Assembly: GCF_006345805.1 (NCBI RefSeq)
Contig: NC_042998.1
Span: 110,670,001-110,734,000, forward strand
Origin: Octopus sinensis
Taxonomy: Eukaryota
Reading direction: 5' to 3'
Length of the DNA: 64,000 nucleotides
Shown here one piece after another: positions 26,896-42,087 of the stretch; position 1 is the first letter of the stretch; every line of letters starts with the position of its first letter. Under the pieces are notes generated by a model. That model was not told the origin of the DNA and made no database searches. It saw only the letters and a program-made list of their open reading frames with translations. The translations under genes and the position numbers were made by a program.

Positions 26896-28553
26896 ACCAA
26901 AGAAATAGATATGAAATTTGGATTAGAGAAATGCGCCAAAGTAAGCCTGAAAAGAGGAAAACTAATTAAGAGTAGCAACATCACACTAGATAAAACCAAT
27001 GAAATAAAAGAATTAGACCAAAGTCAAACTTACAAGTACTTAGAAATCCATGAACTAGATAAGACACAACACACACAAATGAAAGAGAAAAGAAAAAAAA
27101 AAGAATATTATATACGAGTTAGATCAATACTGAAAACAGAGCTCAATGCTAAAAGCAAGATAATAGGTATCAACACTTTAGCCGTCCCAGTTATAAGTTA
27201 CAGCTACAATATCCTTAACTGGATACTAAATGAACTGACCAAAATAGATAGGAAAACAAGAATAATACTGACAGGATCTAGGATGCATCACCCAAAATCT
27301 GACATAGAAATGCTATATATACAACGTATAGATGGTGGTAGAGGCCTTATACAGCTGGAAAACTACTACAAAATAACCGCCATAGGACTGCAAAAATATC
27401 TACTTCAGAAGGAAGGAAAACTGATACAAATAGCGGCAAAACACAAGCAAAACAAAAAAACTGCACTAAGTATTTAAGGAAGCTGACAAATACAAACAAG
27501 AAATCATACCGCCAAACAAATGTGAAGAAGAAGAAGAAGAAGAAGAAGAAGAAGAAGAAGAAGAAGAAGAAGAAGAAGAAGAAGAAGAAGAAGAAGAAGA
27601 AGAAGAAGAAGAAAAAGAAGATGATGAAGAAACAACAAAAGCTATAAAACAAATGAAATCCAAACTAAAAATAGAACAGCAAAGAACCATGATAAAACGA
27701 TGGCAAGAAAAGCCCCTTCATGGCAAGTACTGGACTAAACTAAATGCAAAAGAAATAGACAAAGAAACATCCCAACAATGGTTGAGAATCTCTGGACTCA
27801 AAGCAGAGACAGAAGGATGTTTAATTGCAGAACAAGACCAAAGCTTCCCCACCAGAAATTACCAAAAACATGTAACGAAAAAAAAATATAACGAGTAACT
27901 GCAGAATATGTGGAGATGGACAAGAAACAATAAATCATATTATCTCTGGCTGCCCAGGAATATATTCACAGACACGACAGAGTTGAGACATATATACACT
28001 GGAAACTATACCAACATTATGGAATAACAACAGAAAAAAGATGGTATAGGCACACACCAGAAAAGGTCACAGAAAACGAGAAAGCAACCATACTCTGGGA
28101 TATGCCAATACACACAGATAGAGAAATTAAGGCCAACAGACCAGATATAGTGGTAAGAGATCACGAAGAAAAAAAAAAGCTTTCTAACTGATGTATCAAT
28201 ACCAGCGGATGACAACGTTTCTCTAAAAAAAATGGAGAAACTTTCAAAATACAAAGACCTGGAAATAGATGTAACCAGAATGTGGAATCTAAAAGCAGAA
28301 ACAATTCCTATCATAATAGGTGCATTAAGCATGATATAAAAATATTCAGACAAATACATAACAAAAACACCAGGACTTACAAACACATATAACATACAGA
28401 AACTTGCCCTAATGGGCACTGCACACATCCTACGCAGAACACTTTGCATACAATAACCATCAGATCATCACAACAAATCACAGCACATACCCAAGGCACA
28501 CAGAGCTGTGCTTGGTAGTGAAGTGAAAGCACGATATAAAAAATATACTACTG
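26896..28553 (+). mobile_element. R4/Dong family A, 5'-truncated, frameshifted copy A2 with (GAA)n expansion
   Basis: Highly similar to 23109-24700 including the 3' UTR; multiple frameshifts. Confidence 0.92.
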
Positions 28554-28602
28554 AATGATAATAATAATAATAATAATGATAATAATAATAATAATAAGAA
28601 GA

Positions 28603-28970
28603 AGAAAATATAAAGACCTACTCATTGAAATTGAGAAAATGTGGCATCTCAAGGCGGTTACAATACCAGTGATCGTAGGAGCACTAGGAATGATCAAGAA
28701 GGGAACTGAAAATTATATGAGAATGATCCCTGCAAGAAGTGCAAAAGATTGTCTTAACTGGTACATCACACGTATTGAGAAGAGCATTGTCGATGTGAGA
28801 ACTGTTGCTGCTCATGTATTTTAATTTAACTTTAAAAAAAAAAAAAAAAATGAACGAACTACTGAGTTTGGATTAATGGCCTACCAATGTATACTATGAG
28901 TTTCTTTGCCCTAGGAGTCGGGAAGACACTCGGCAAGAAATGGAAGGAAATTTGAAAGAAGAAAAAAAAG
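28603..28970 (+). mobile_element. R4/Dong family B, short 3' fragment B3
   Basis: Matches the B1 3' end (KYKDLLIEIEKMWHLKAVTIPVIVGALG and 3' UTR); small internal deletion. Confidence 0.92.
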
Positions 28971-28990
28971 TAATAATAATAATAATAATA

Positions 28991-29029
<39 letters not shown>

Positions 29030-29226
29030 CCTTTCTACTGGAAGTGCAAGGCCTCAAATTTTGGGGAAAGGATGAAGTCGATTACATCGACCGCAGTACG
29101 TAACTGGTGCTTATTTAATGGCTCCCGAAAAGATGAAAGACAAAGTCGACCTCGGCGGAATTTGAAATGAGAAATACCTTTAAGCATTTCGTTCAGCCTG
29201 CTAACGACCGTACAAGCTCGCCGCCT
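29030..29226 (-). mobile_element. tRNA-derived SINE (main family, tail type 2) whose (ATT)n tail merges with the TAA array
   Basis: cctttctactgg..caaggcctcaaattttgggg...gtcgacctcggcggaattt...ctcgccgcct. Confidence 0.88.
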
Positions 29227-29499
29227 AAGTAACTTTGATGATTTGAAGTGAGAAATACGAAGGTTGTGGTCAGTGATGAGAGTAGACGTGATAACAATAG
29301 CAATTGATGCACTTGAAAGTATCAGCACTGAACAATCAGCATGGCTGTAAAAGACTGGAGCAAGTGTGAAGTTAGAACTGCCAGAATTCTTTGTAGGGTT
29401 CTTCAAGCATGACCAGTAAAGAAGTGTCACTTTAGTCTGCTGGGTGTGGACAGCTGACACTTTCCATCATACCCTGCAAAATAAGCTCTGAGTTTTCAT
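29227..29499 (+). mobile_element. R4/Dong family C, short decayed 3' fragment C1
   Basis: DDLK*EIRRLWSVMRVDVITIAIDAL...TARILCRVL; 3' UTR (aagcatgacca.taaa..agtgtc...ataagct.tgagttt.cat) matches 55660-55749. Confidence 0.8.
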
Positions 29500-29504
29500 A
29501 TAAT

Positions 29505-30217
<713 letters not shown>

Positions 30218-30224
30218 AATAATA

Positions 30225-30280
<56 letters not shown>

Positions 30281-32084
30281 TAAATATATCAAAGAGTTAC
30301 AAACTTGCGAAAGTTCTGCAATCAAATCGATCTCCGTTAAATTATGTGGTAGTTAATTTTCGACTACGGAACGATAAAGACGAAATTCCATCTCGGTTGG
30401 ATGTGAACTGAGAATATAAAGAGGCATGATTATGTACACCAGATTATATTTTCCGATCCTCTTCTAAATCTACTATCCACCATTACACCACTATTCTCTC
30501 GCTACACTTTGCATTATACAGTTATGGATGATACTTTGCCAATATTATTACTTACTGGCATAAACAAAAGACAATATTTATCCAGTGTTTTCCTGTTAGT
30601 AAATGTATATTTATATTTTCATATTCATGGAACATTAAAACCAATCATCAGAATATATGTCCTTACATACTATTTTGAAAACGACATTCTTTTAATGGTC
30701 TCATTGTTCCACTATGCGTTAACACCAACATTTGCATAGTATTTGTTTGGAAGTGTCTCGAAAGGGAAATAGTATAAATATAATTATTCTAAGCTCAATA
30801 GCACAAGATCAAATAAGTTCTTTGAATAACGAAAATTTCACTATACCACATAATAAAACTGAATATCGTTATATGAAAATCTGAACAAAGTGCGGTAGGA
30901 TTATATAGTCACGTACATAGAACATAAACCCGTACGAACGAACATGGATACATACATATTCATATACAGTCTCGCTTGCACAGACACAGACACATACACA
31001 GACATAAACATACATGCAAAAAGATGCACACTCAAACACACAGACATAAATGTATATTTTTGTTCTTTTAGCCTGGTGGTTAGAACATATGCGCTCATAA
31101 TAAAGTGACTGGGAGTTCGCTTCCTCGAAAAACAGTACGACATTTTCTTGAAAAAGCCCAAGTGATTCAGGCTTCTCCAGGCTTGTGTATTAAAACGAAG
31201 ACCAGCGTACCAGGAGACATATCTCTCTCCCCCTAACTGAAACCTGGTCGATATTTGGCAGTATATAATGTCCGGAAATTTATGTAAGTATTGCATGCAT
31301 CCATCCATGCATGCATGCATCCATCCATCCATCCATACATAATACATACATAAATAAGCGAACTAAACAAAAACACCATTATTTTTCTATGTTGTATTAG
31401 TGTGCCACCAGAAGTGATGAAAAGGAACCTTTAAGGGAACATCTTTTATCAACTCAGACAGTGAACTTCAATACCAAAACAAAGTTTGCTTCCTGGCCCT
31501 ACAACATCGGAATTCATTGAGGAAGTGCATGCCGTGACTAAGGTCAAACCAGTGAACTATACTACCCATCCCAACACATGCACACAAATATCAAAACAAG
31601 TCTAGCCTCACCACACACTAATTGCCATTTCTTTCTCTCTTCCCACCACCTTCTCTTCTTCTCTACCAAATACACAAAGAACTGCCCAAATACACCAACG
31701 AGTATTTTAATTGATGAAAATTGATAAACATCCGTTTGTTAAGCCATTCAACTTTAAAGCCATGACACCTGAAGAAATGAAAGCGTGGACTAAGATCCAT
31801 CTGATATCCATGGATATTACGGAATGTACATAATCATCTCAGGAATATCGAATATGGTCGTAAGTAACGTGATTTTTGTGGAAACGCGCGTAACGATGTA
31901 TTAAAATTTTTATAAATTCTGTCCATGAATTATTATTTCTATTACTATATTTACCCTATGTCATAGTGACACAGTTTGGTAGAGTTGCATAAAACTATGG
32001 TTATAAGTTGTTATCATAAGCTTTTAAGCACATACTCAACAACGTTTCCTTAAAACAAACTTATATGTGCGCGCGCACACATGT

Positions 32085-32460
32085 GTAGGCCCAATGGCCC
32101 AGTTATTAGGGCAGCGGACCCGCGGTCGTAGGATCGCGGTTTCGATTCCCCGATCGGACGTTGTAAGCGTTTATTGAACGAAAACATCTAAAGCACCACA
32201 TGGCTCCGGCAGGGGTGGGGTGGGGCGAACCCTACTGTACTCTTTCATCACAAATTTTACTCTCTCTTCCTGTTCCTGTTGTACTTGTATTTGAAAGGGC
32301 AGCCTTGTCTCACTCTGTGTCACGCTGAATCTCCCTGAGAACTACATTAAGGGTACACGTACCTGTGGAGTGCTCAGCCACTTGCACGTTAATTTCCCGA
32401 ACAGGGTGTTCTGTTCATCGGATCAAGTGGAACCATTGTCGTCGCAACCGACGGAGTGTC
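32085..32460 (+). mobile_element. Third tRNA-headed SINE-like repeat
   Basis: tRNA-like head: A-box-like tggcccagttattagg, B-box-like ggtttcgattccc; followed by a unique body, then (TA)n. Confidence 0.65.
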
Positions 32461-32467
32461 ACGTATG

Positions 32468-32550
<83 letters not shown>

Positions 32551-35499
32551 ATATTATATATATATATATACAGAGAGAGAGAGGGAGGGAGAGGTACATG
32601 CATATAATTGTCATTGTAATAATTATTTAAGGGTAATATATTACATAATATTATGCAATCATATATATATATACACACACACACACAAGTACGTATAAAT
32701 ATACATGCATATATATGTGTTTATGATATATATACATACATGCATACACATACGTCCACACATCAACACATTCGCACGCGCATGCTCACACAAAGACGCA
32801 CATATATATGAATCGGTAGTAGTATTCGACATAATCAGTTATTGAGTACACTATAAAATCAACGATTATTTCCTCGAGGAAGCTCTAACTTTACGATCGC
32901 TAGCTTCTTACAAATCTGACAGAACGAATGTTCACAATTTCGTTACTAACCTGGGTGTTAAAATGAATCTCTCTTAATGGTCTCTATTACTTCCACAGAC
33001 AATGCATTTACACGCATGCGTATACACACATGTATTTGGATGTATACATATAGAGAAAGTGCAAAAGTTTGACACTATAACGAAAATAAATGGGGGATGA
33101 CAACAGTAATGTTAAGTGTGATATTCTTACAGTATACAGTATTTCCTGGCAGTGTGGGTAATTCATTTCGATTTAATATTGTGTGAGCTAAATACGGTGT
33201 TACTTGTTTTAGTAGTCTACGTTTTAAATTTATTATATAATCTGAAACCGATTGAAATCCACCGGATTCATTTTGTTCTTTGCGCATGCGCTAAAACTAT
33301 ACATATCTCAAAGCTCACGCTAAAAAATAATCAGAAATTAGCTAAGAATTTACTAACGTGTCTTAAGAATATTATAGAAGGAAGAATGCGTTGGACAATA
33401 AACAAACATGAAATGAATGTTTACTGTTGTAAAACCTGTGATTAGAAGCCTGAACGATCAAGGAGTGATCTTGGCGCTTTGCTATCTTGAACCCCTATTA
33501 TGAAGCTAACGTTTCAGGAAGCATATTTGGTGTCCGGTAGCTTTTACTAGAGCTGTTTCCTCCACAAAAATATGTGGTAAACCATGAGAGAAATGTTATA
33601 GTAAACATATAACTGACAGTGGAAAATAAGGAAATAAGATAAATTTTGAGCAAAGGATTGTTGGATGGGGACTATAAATTTCAGAAATAATATTCTTTCG
33701 GATCGTCATACTACAGAAAATTGAGTGTTATGCTATTAAATTCTCCAAAGAAGGAGCTAAAATGTTTTCTGCTTGTGCGTTTACAATTTCAGTTGTTAAA
33801 CAACATGTACGTAAATTTTTAAGTGGAAGTGATGTACCACTTCATTTGCAAGAACAACTGGTTGACTGTAACCAATCCTCAGGAACAGAAATTGCTTAAA
33901 GCTACGCTAGGTCTTGATTCTTTATGGTGAATTAATAGTTATTACTCGGTAAGATTACTTAAGCTTGTGTAAGTATTGCCTAAATGTATGATACGCCTTT
34001 AAAATGAAGATGCACTATAAATACAGCATTCGTTTACAATATTCCTAAAGTGACATCTCATACATTTATAAGATTAACAACCATAACAAATGGCTCGCTG
34101 TTGCTCAAAGTTCCTAACAAACAAGTCATTTTATAAATCAAGTGCAACATTATAGCAAATACTTCAAAACGACATATATTACGTTCGAGTTAAGTTATCT
34201 ATTTTCAAACAACCAGCGTAGCTTGCTTGCTACATTAAGTAGTCAATACAAACAAATAGCTTAAGTAATTGAAAACAGCGTTATCGTAGTGGAATACTTT
34301 TACTTATTCCTCTTTGAATGTCTCAATGTTATTTGATTTTCAATATATAAAATGAGACCCATTTTATAATTGTGAATTTGAATCTATTTATATTCCAGCG
34401 TGTTTCACGAATTTTGTCTTGGAAAGATATAATATTATTGCAGCTTCAGTAATTGATATTCTGCTTTTAAAGATTCTAGAATACAAGCATTCATTTGAAT
34501 CTAACCATGGATATACCAAGATTTGACATTGTGCCTTCCCAGTATGCGGAAATACATCACGTGGGGACAGATATATAGCTAAGTGTAACTGAGATAAACA
34601 GCACACGCACACACACACATATAATTACTCTGATTCTCTTACATACATACTAGTTCATACTGAAACAGATATGCATATGTGCACCACAAAGAATTCAAAT
34701 TCTATTTCATCCGAAATAGGGCCCAACCATTTTTTCCCTTATCAAAAATATCGCTATTAAACTTGCAGTATCCGATTTGGCTCAGTTTTCAAGTATGATG
34801 CTCAACAGTGCAGCACTCCCATTGGAAAAGTCATCATATAAGATCCCAGGTTGAAGTAAACACACACTCCGTACACTTGATATATGTCTAAAATACGTCC
34901 GTTGTATTATAGCCGACTAAATACCACATACATATACCCGGCAAGTCCCTTGAAACCAATAAAGCCATCGATACTGATAATGTTCCTTCCATTACCTTCA
35001 AATGGGGCATGCCACAACTTGACCGTAATTTCTTTTAACTTGTTAAGTTTGGAGAAAGATGCACCAACCATGACATGTGCTGGCCCTCCAAGGTCTGTTC
35101 AGTTTGATATCGTTTACGTTTCGGTTAAACCCATGTACGTCAATATCTGTATGAATAACATATCCAGAGAGATGATCCCAAATCCCTGATGTTCTTGAGA
35201 TAAAAGAGTGAGTAAAGTGGTCAATGCAGCTCTTGGAGTTACAAGGAAAGCTGACTTGGTCTTGGAGGTACAAGGAGAGATGAACAAAAAGTAAGTAACC
35301 AGCCACCTCTCACGAAAGGATACCATTATACTAGTTGTAGAAGACAGGAAAATTATGAGGTTGGAGTGACAGAGTAATCTAATATAATTTAAAGGCAAGT
35401 TGTCTGTGTGAACCACTTCTACTCCTATAACTTTCAACCGAATTTCACCAAATTTCACACATGACTTACTTAAAGTCCATCCAGTGTCCTGGATCAGAA

Positions 35500-36130
35500 A
35501 GAAATTTCAAAATGTTCAATGCCAGTAATACCGTATGGTGAGTTCAACTGAGCTTTATGGAAAAGTGACAATGTTTGAGGGCAGAGATATTTTCTATTCA
35601 GTAGGAGATTTAAATGTGATTCTACCTATGTTAGGGATGTAATTTCACCATTTTGGAGTAAAGATGTGAGTTCCAGCTGAGTGTCCAGAATATTTAGAGG
35701 TAGTAGTTGCTGTAATGTTTTCTTGATATGTGTAGTGCTTTAGATGCTTAGGTGATGAAGATAGATGATGCGGTACCTTAGGAGAATTCTCTCTGAGAAT
35801 CTCAGTTCATGGAGTCAGCGCTCTTGTCGTGTGATGTCTAGGCTGCATATGGATGATATGTGGTTGGTTAAGTTTAGGGAGGAATGATGAATTCTATCAT
35901 CTGCATATGAGTAAACGTTGTTGAATGCTACGGAAACTAGTTTATTGATGTATGAAAGGAGGAGAACACGATCAACTCTCCATCAACTAAAGCCACGATA
36001 CTGCATTCAGACAGGTTACTAAAAAGCTTAGAAATGAGGAACCAGTTGAACAGGTTGGCTGCCTGATTTGTTAGGAAATTTGACAGGTAACATGGCTGGA
36101 GATCTTACTGATGTATACAACAATATTTCT
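35500..36130 (-). mobile_element. Decayed CR1/Jockey-like LINE RT fragment
   Basis: Minus strand reads ...NNVYSYADDRIHHSS (YADD motif); heavily degenerate. Confidence 0.55.
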
Positions 36131-37269
36131 TTTACCGAATTTGCTAAACATTTAAATAACCGAAACTCTCTAAATAACTTAATTTCGCTGTGCTCTACGA
36201 TTATGCTACTCGCTATACTTATAGTTTAACCCACTAAATAATAGTAATATTCTTCTACAAAACAAAGCATAAAATCTTTAGGCAAGCTTTAGTCAATTAA
36301 ATCATTTGTGACATTTGACTGACTTTTACTTACTCCATCGACTTCTGAAAGACGATAGACGAATTCAACATTTTGGACGTTCAAAACTCCAACTATAATG
36401 TTCAATTCAGTTAATGAAGAATATTATATTTAAACACTAATAACGATAAAAGAATTTTTATTATGTAATATAAAGTGATGATATAAAGATACTTGTATAA
36501 AATATATTTATGGGATAAAGACTACGTATCAGCTCGTAACGAATTAATACATGCATAAATCATTGACTCTTTCGGAAAATAAATGAAGAAATCTCTTGTA
36601 TTCTACAAAGAAGGGAAAAACGCAAAAAATAAAAAAGGAACAAAATCAAAAAATAGTTTTGGTGACTATTAATTTGAAGCAGCATATCAGGGCAAGATTA
36701 TAGATATAATCAAAGACCATCAGCGAACGTAAACAAAAGGCGGTTCAGCACTAGAATAGATAATTGACACTCATCCAATTAATATAATTGTTATTGAACT
36801 TTAACACTCTTTTATCATTTCGAAAGCCATTATTTATTTACTAGAGTATCTTCCCATACTTTAAAATCATCCATAATGCTTCAATGTTTGCTGCTATTCC
36901 ATATGAAACGTTGTAAATACATCAGTCGCGTAGCAATGATGTGTATGGGAAAGAAGCGAAAGAAGAAGCATGTAGAAAAACGACAGCAACCACTCTGGGG
37001 AAAATATTGATATGTATTTTAATATCAGATACGAATTTAGTCTACGAACAGCACAATACGAAGTCATTGTATGGAAGTTTTTCTTTTATTGATGACCTTC
37101 AAAATGCAAGCAAAATGATTTCATAAATAACATGCCGCCAAATCGATAAACTGTTGAAGTTTAGTAATTGCAGAATTCATTTCAGTTCGGGACATGAAGT
37201 ATAGGGTATGCCACCTATTTGCCAAGGCAATGAATCAAATACATTGTTTGCTATTTAATAACAGAATTC

Positions 37270-37270
37270 A

Positions 37271-37302
<32 letters not shown>

Positions 37303-37331
37303 TGTGTGTGTGTGTGTGTGCGTGTGTGCGT

Positions 37332-37407
<76 letters not shown>
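37270..37407. repeat. (GT)n microsatellite with (GCGT) interruptions
   Basis: Direct inspection. Confidence 0.97.
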
Positions 37408-37411
<4 letters not shown>

Positions 37412-38318
37412 AGATGAATATTCTAACACACAGACTACTACATAAGTCATAATTCGAATGCTTGAGTGAAGAAATTGAGTCCCATTAAAAAAACATTATT
37501 CTAAAGAATGCTTCTCGTTTTCAGTATCTTCAGTCGTAGCTACTGTATCGAACGTAGAAAATAGTAATTGCATTATGCCAGATAGCTACATCGCTTAATT
37601 TAACTGAATTTATATTTCAAATCATCCATATAAGTAGAAATTTTTCGCATTTACCTTCGAAAGATTAATATGTTACCTTATACGTAGATCATTGGATAAA
37701 TTATAGGAATTAAATTTTTACGACAAAAAAAAAAATAACATTACATATTTTGTTAAGTAAATGAACGATATAATGTGAGCGTATCCTCTAACTAAAACAC
37801 GCAGTATCGTTACTACTGGAGGACAATTTTAGCTTCTAGTGACAAATACCATGCTGTTGTTTTTGTCTTTGCTTTTACTCTGCCAAACATTCTCTCGATA
37901 AAAGCAACACTTAATTGCTGATCTGGAATTTGGCCAACATCTCTCGGCGGATAAGTTACTGAACAGAAACAATTTATCGTAGTCAGTACTATATGTGATC
38001 TATCAAGAGCAAAGTTCGCACGAATGGCTGCACTATAAAATCTAGATACAAACAATATCTTAAACCGTTTTCGACGAATAATTTACTTCAATGATAAAGC
38101 TATTCCGCTGGTATCAATTTAAAAATTCTGATCTCTGTCTTAAGCTTGCACACTTCAATAAAATATAAAACAATAATCTCATAAAAGTATAATAATTATT
38201 TGAATTGGCGGAAGACTGCACAATTAAATTTTATTAAGGCCTATCTGTCTTCTACTGTAAATATGTGTATATAAATTTCCGCAATTTTAAACTTGCTTTT
38301 ATTTATTTATTTATTCAT

Positions 38319-38349
<31 letters not shown>

Positions 38350-39205
38350 TTCATTTATTTATAAAGTAGAGTTTGGAAGTATATCTACATTAACATTTGC
38401 GTTGTCAGCCTGGTGGCAAACTGTCTCTCGATTAAACAGACACCAGTACTTGGCTGGTATTATGCTTTCTTAACCTTAATGGATGAACAGCAATGTTGAC
38501 CTTCGGCATGGTAGTATTTGAGCAGAAAAAGGCCAGAAACATCAGCATAGAAAAATTTTCTCTCCTAGAAAAGTTAATCTTACCAATTAATCTTATTTCT
38601 AACACTGACATTCGACTAGAAACTTGTACGTGAATGTCTATCTACTGTTTAGCATTCCAGTGATAGTTCTCAAATTTGATCAAGTTTTCTCCCATATTTT
38701 TTCTAGTGACATGATTTTCTGTATAAGTCACTTTCGTTCAGATCGTTTAGGAAACCCTTAATTATGTAACTACAATTTCCGAATTCATGACTTTTTGCTT
38801 CTTGAATTGTTTTCTTTTTTCCTAGGGCACTCATTTGATCCAGCCCCACTATTTAATACCTCTCATTCATATCTTTTAGGAAACTTTAGTTATGTCTAAT
38901 TGTCTTTTAAGATTACTGAAACACGATAATCTAAGTCATTATCAAGTATTACTTGACCTTTTCCGATTTGATCCAGTTTGTCTAAAGATTTTTTTTTTGT
39001 CGAATGCACCAGTTTTAACGGCTCTTTCGGATTTAGATTCCACTCATTGCGATCTTTTATATAAGCGCAGCAAAATAAAATATTATGCTGAAATAAGGAA
39101 ACTATACTACCTACGGCTTGCATATATGCATTTTTATCCTGTTTCGACACATTTTCCGAACTTTTTTTACCTAACCAATTTTCTATTATAATATTTCATA
39201 TTTAA

Positions 39206-39607
39206 GAAGGCGGCGAGCTGGCAAAATCGTTAGCAAGCCGGGCGAAATGCTTAGCGGTTTTTTGTCTGCGGCTACCTTCTGAGTTCAAAATTCCACCGAG
39301 GTCGACTTTGCCTTTCATTCTTTCGGGGTCGATTAAATAAGTACCAGTTACGCACTGAGATCGATATAATCGACTTAATCCGTTTGTCTGTCCTTGTTTG
39401 TCCTCTATTTGTTTAGCCCCTTGTGGGTAGTAAAGAAATAGGTATTTCGTCTGTCTTTACATTCTGAGTACAAAATCCGCCGAGGTCGACTTTGCCTTTC
39501 ACCCTTTCAGGGTCGATTACGTACCAGTTGTGTACTGGTGTCGATCTAATTGACTGGATCCCCCCCCCCAAAAAAAAATTTCGGGCATTGTTCCTAGAGT
39601 AGAAAAG
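39206..39607 (+). mobile_element. Dimeric tRNA-SINE (full monomer plus 5'-truncated monomer with the other tail type), single 16-bp TSD
   Basis: TSD aatatttcatat(t/g)taa at 39190-39205 and 39608-39623; core gtcgactttgcctttca..ctttc.gggtcgat occurs twice. Confidence 0.9.
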
Positions 39608-39829
39608 AATATTTCATATGTAACAGAGCACATGTTAACGCGATTCTGCTAACTTAATCGCGTATAATTTGGCTAAGGACTTCAGTAACTAGAAGGTATC
39701 GGCTTCGTTGTGGACTTTATCGTTCGGAAGAGTTCTGCCTCTACAGAGATGCACATTTGGTTGAAACGTTTGATCTCATACTGTACATGGAATCGTTGCT
39801 GGTTTTTCACTAACTGTGGTTAGTCTCTT

Positions 39830-39865
<36 letters not shown>

Positions 39866-39959
39866 AATATCTATCTCTATCTATTTATCTGTCTCTCACA
39901 CGCACACATTCTCTCTCTCTCATCTGAGTTTCACTCAAAGAGTTCACACCCCAGAAGAT

Positions 39960-40720
39960 CGAAACTTCTCCATTCCTTTCTATACACCGAGAAAATTTGA
40001 AAAACAGTTGGACTGATGTTGCTTAGTCTGCAGTTTGAACATATTTGTTGCCTTCAAGATGAAGCTTTCTTGTTGGAATCGCCTATTATCTAACATTTAT
40101 TGGTTGGAATGTGAAGGAAGTTACTACAAGTTGTGAGTATTGTTAATGTCAACTGATATCCTATAATCTTTATATACAGGCAACCATTGAATCATTATTT
40201 GCTGGATGTAGATATGATATTGATTGGACACTGCCTTGGTATCCGCATACTGCATTTCTGAAATGTTATCTACTAATATTATACATCTACAAGAGTAGAC
40301 TTCGACTGAAGAAATCATCATCTTACTTGGTTCTTAATTCTACACGTAACTAATTTTCATTCATCGGCCAGATGAGGACAGCAGAGATATATTAAGAACG
40401 GAGCTGGTGCATGAAATCTTCATGCTTGGCACCAGTTTTAACCTCTAATGATGGTAAAGATAATCTGTAAGATGCAAGTGATTTCAAGAAAAGAGCGGAG
40501 CACGACATGGAAAGTCCTGAGAATGAAAGATTTCCTAAAGTATTTAATACAATGTTAAATAGTTTATGAAGCTTCGAGTATATTGGAAAATAGAAAATAC
40601 ATCGCACTAAGTGCTCGTTATTTTCCATGCACAATATGGACTGCAAAACCAGGTCCAATTCGCTACATAGCTGAGTCGGTATCATGTAATACAGATTTGG
40701 TTACTGGCAAGAGTCGTTCT
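39960..40720 (-). mobile_element. Highly decayed RTE-like RT fragment
   Basis: ISEMQYADTKAV resembles the RTE I.ELLYADD.AL motif; otherwise degenerate. Confidence 0.4.
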
Positions 40721-42087
40721 AATAAAATTAAACTCTAGCTGAGATTTCTAAAGCAATTGTGAGGAATTAAATTTCTCTGTTGTTGCCAAAGTGCACTCGA
40801 CCTTTCTTGAAAATTGCCTCGATTAAGGCATCTTAAAAATCAGTTAAAGCTTGCTGAATTTCTCAGGCAATTGAATATTATACTCATTTATTCCCATCTT
40901 TGATTAAATTTCGGCAGGGTTACTGTCTGGCTCTAGAGATTGGTTGTTATTCATTTTCCTAATATCTTCAAAGAAATTTGGAGGTAATGGAACACGAGAT
41001 AAAAAGGAAATTGAGGAAGGTTGAGAGACGATTAAAAACGTTTTATTAAACGGCAGATATGTCGCCATTTACAATTTCATACACGCCTCCATAAACATAT
41101 GCATATACATAAACACGCCCCATCCACCCACACATACAAACAGAGAAACCTATATACTAATTAATGTCTGTCCTCTTTATTTGGCGCACGTTTTTCATAG
41201 TTATTCACATACACGTATATATTTATATATATAACCAGCATCACAAAAACATACACGAATAATTACAACATTGTTTTACGGTTTCCCCCTCTGCCTTTCT
41301 TTCTCTCTCTTTTTTTCCTTTCTCACTGTCTCCCTGTCTCTGAATATACATACATATCTACATACACATGATTTATTATTTGCAAATGTTTCGTGATAAT
41401 ATTAAGAAGTAAATCAATCCGCTATTTTTATATACATTTAAATCAATATGTTTTTGTTTATTTTGTAAGAGTACAGCCTAATTTCTTTTTCTCGCAATTA
41501 ATGTGAAAGCCAATAGATGTTAATTCGGGAAAACATAATAACGTATACTTTGACAAACTTAGAATAAAATTAATTCTCAAAGCTAACTAATAAAACTACA
41601 TCGATAAGTCTCAATCATGTTTATACAGGCAATAAAAATAAAGACATATAAAAGATACACGTGAACAGAGAGGAAGAGTCAAAATATGCCAGATATATTA
41701 GAGATACACGTGAACTGAGAGGAAGATTTCAATATATGCCAGATATATTGTCGGTAAATTCTGGTGATTCTCAAACTCGAATGTGAAGTTGAAGGCTCAC
41801 ATTTCAGCAATTTGTATTGATGATGCAAAACGGCAAATACTTAGCATGAGGGAATTACTCTATCGGTATGTCTGGCGTTTTTATGGGAAGTTAAGTTATA
41901 ACTAATTAACAAAAAGAAATCCATAACCCAGCTGGTAGATGATGTGAAGCTAAATGTATTTTTAATTTTCCCTGTTTCATCTAATCTTGTATTTTATGTT
42001 ACCTACCTCCAGGTCCATTTCTCGGCGTTTTCAACCTTCCAAGTTGTAACTATCCAACCGGAGGTTTAACTGGAGATTTGTCCAATC

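Noticed and set aside
32880-32930. Minus-strand gtaagaagctagcgatcgtaaag, reminiscent of a pLTR hammerhead
   Set aside because: Both CUGANGA and GAAA are disrupted; cannot be supported
33281-33292. NRF1-like palindrome TGCGCATGCGC
   Set aside because: Single short motif with no CpG island, TSS or downstream exon evidence
34700-35470. Coding-like island with several short ORFs on both strands
   Set aside because: Tentative matches (tyrosine recombinase, LINE RT start) were inconsistent; left unclassified
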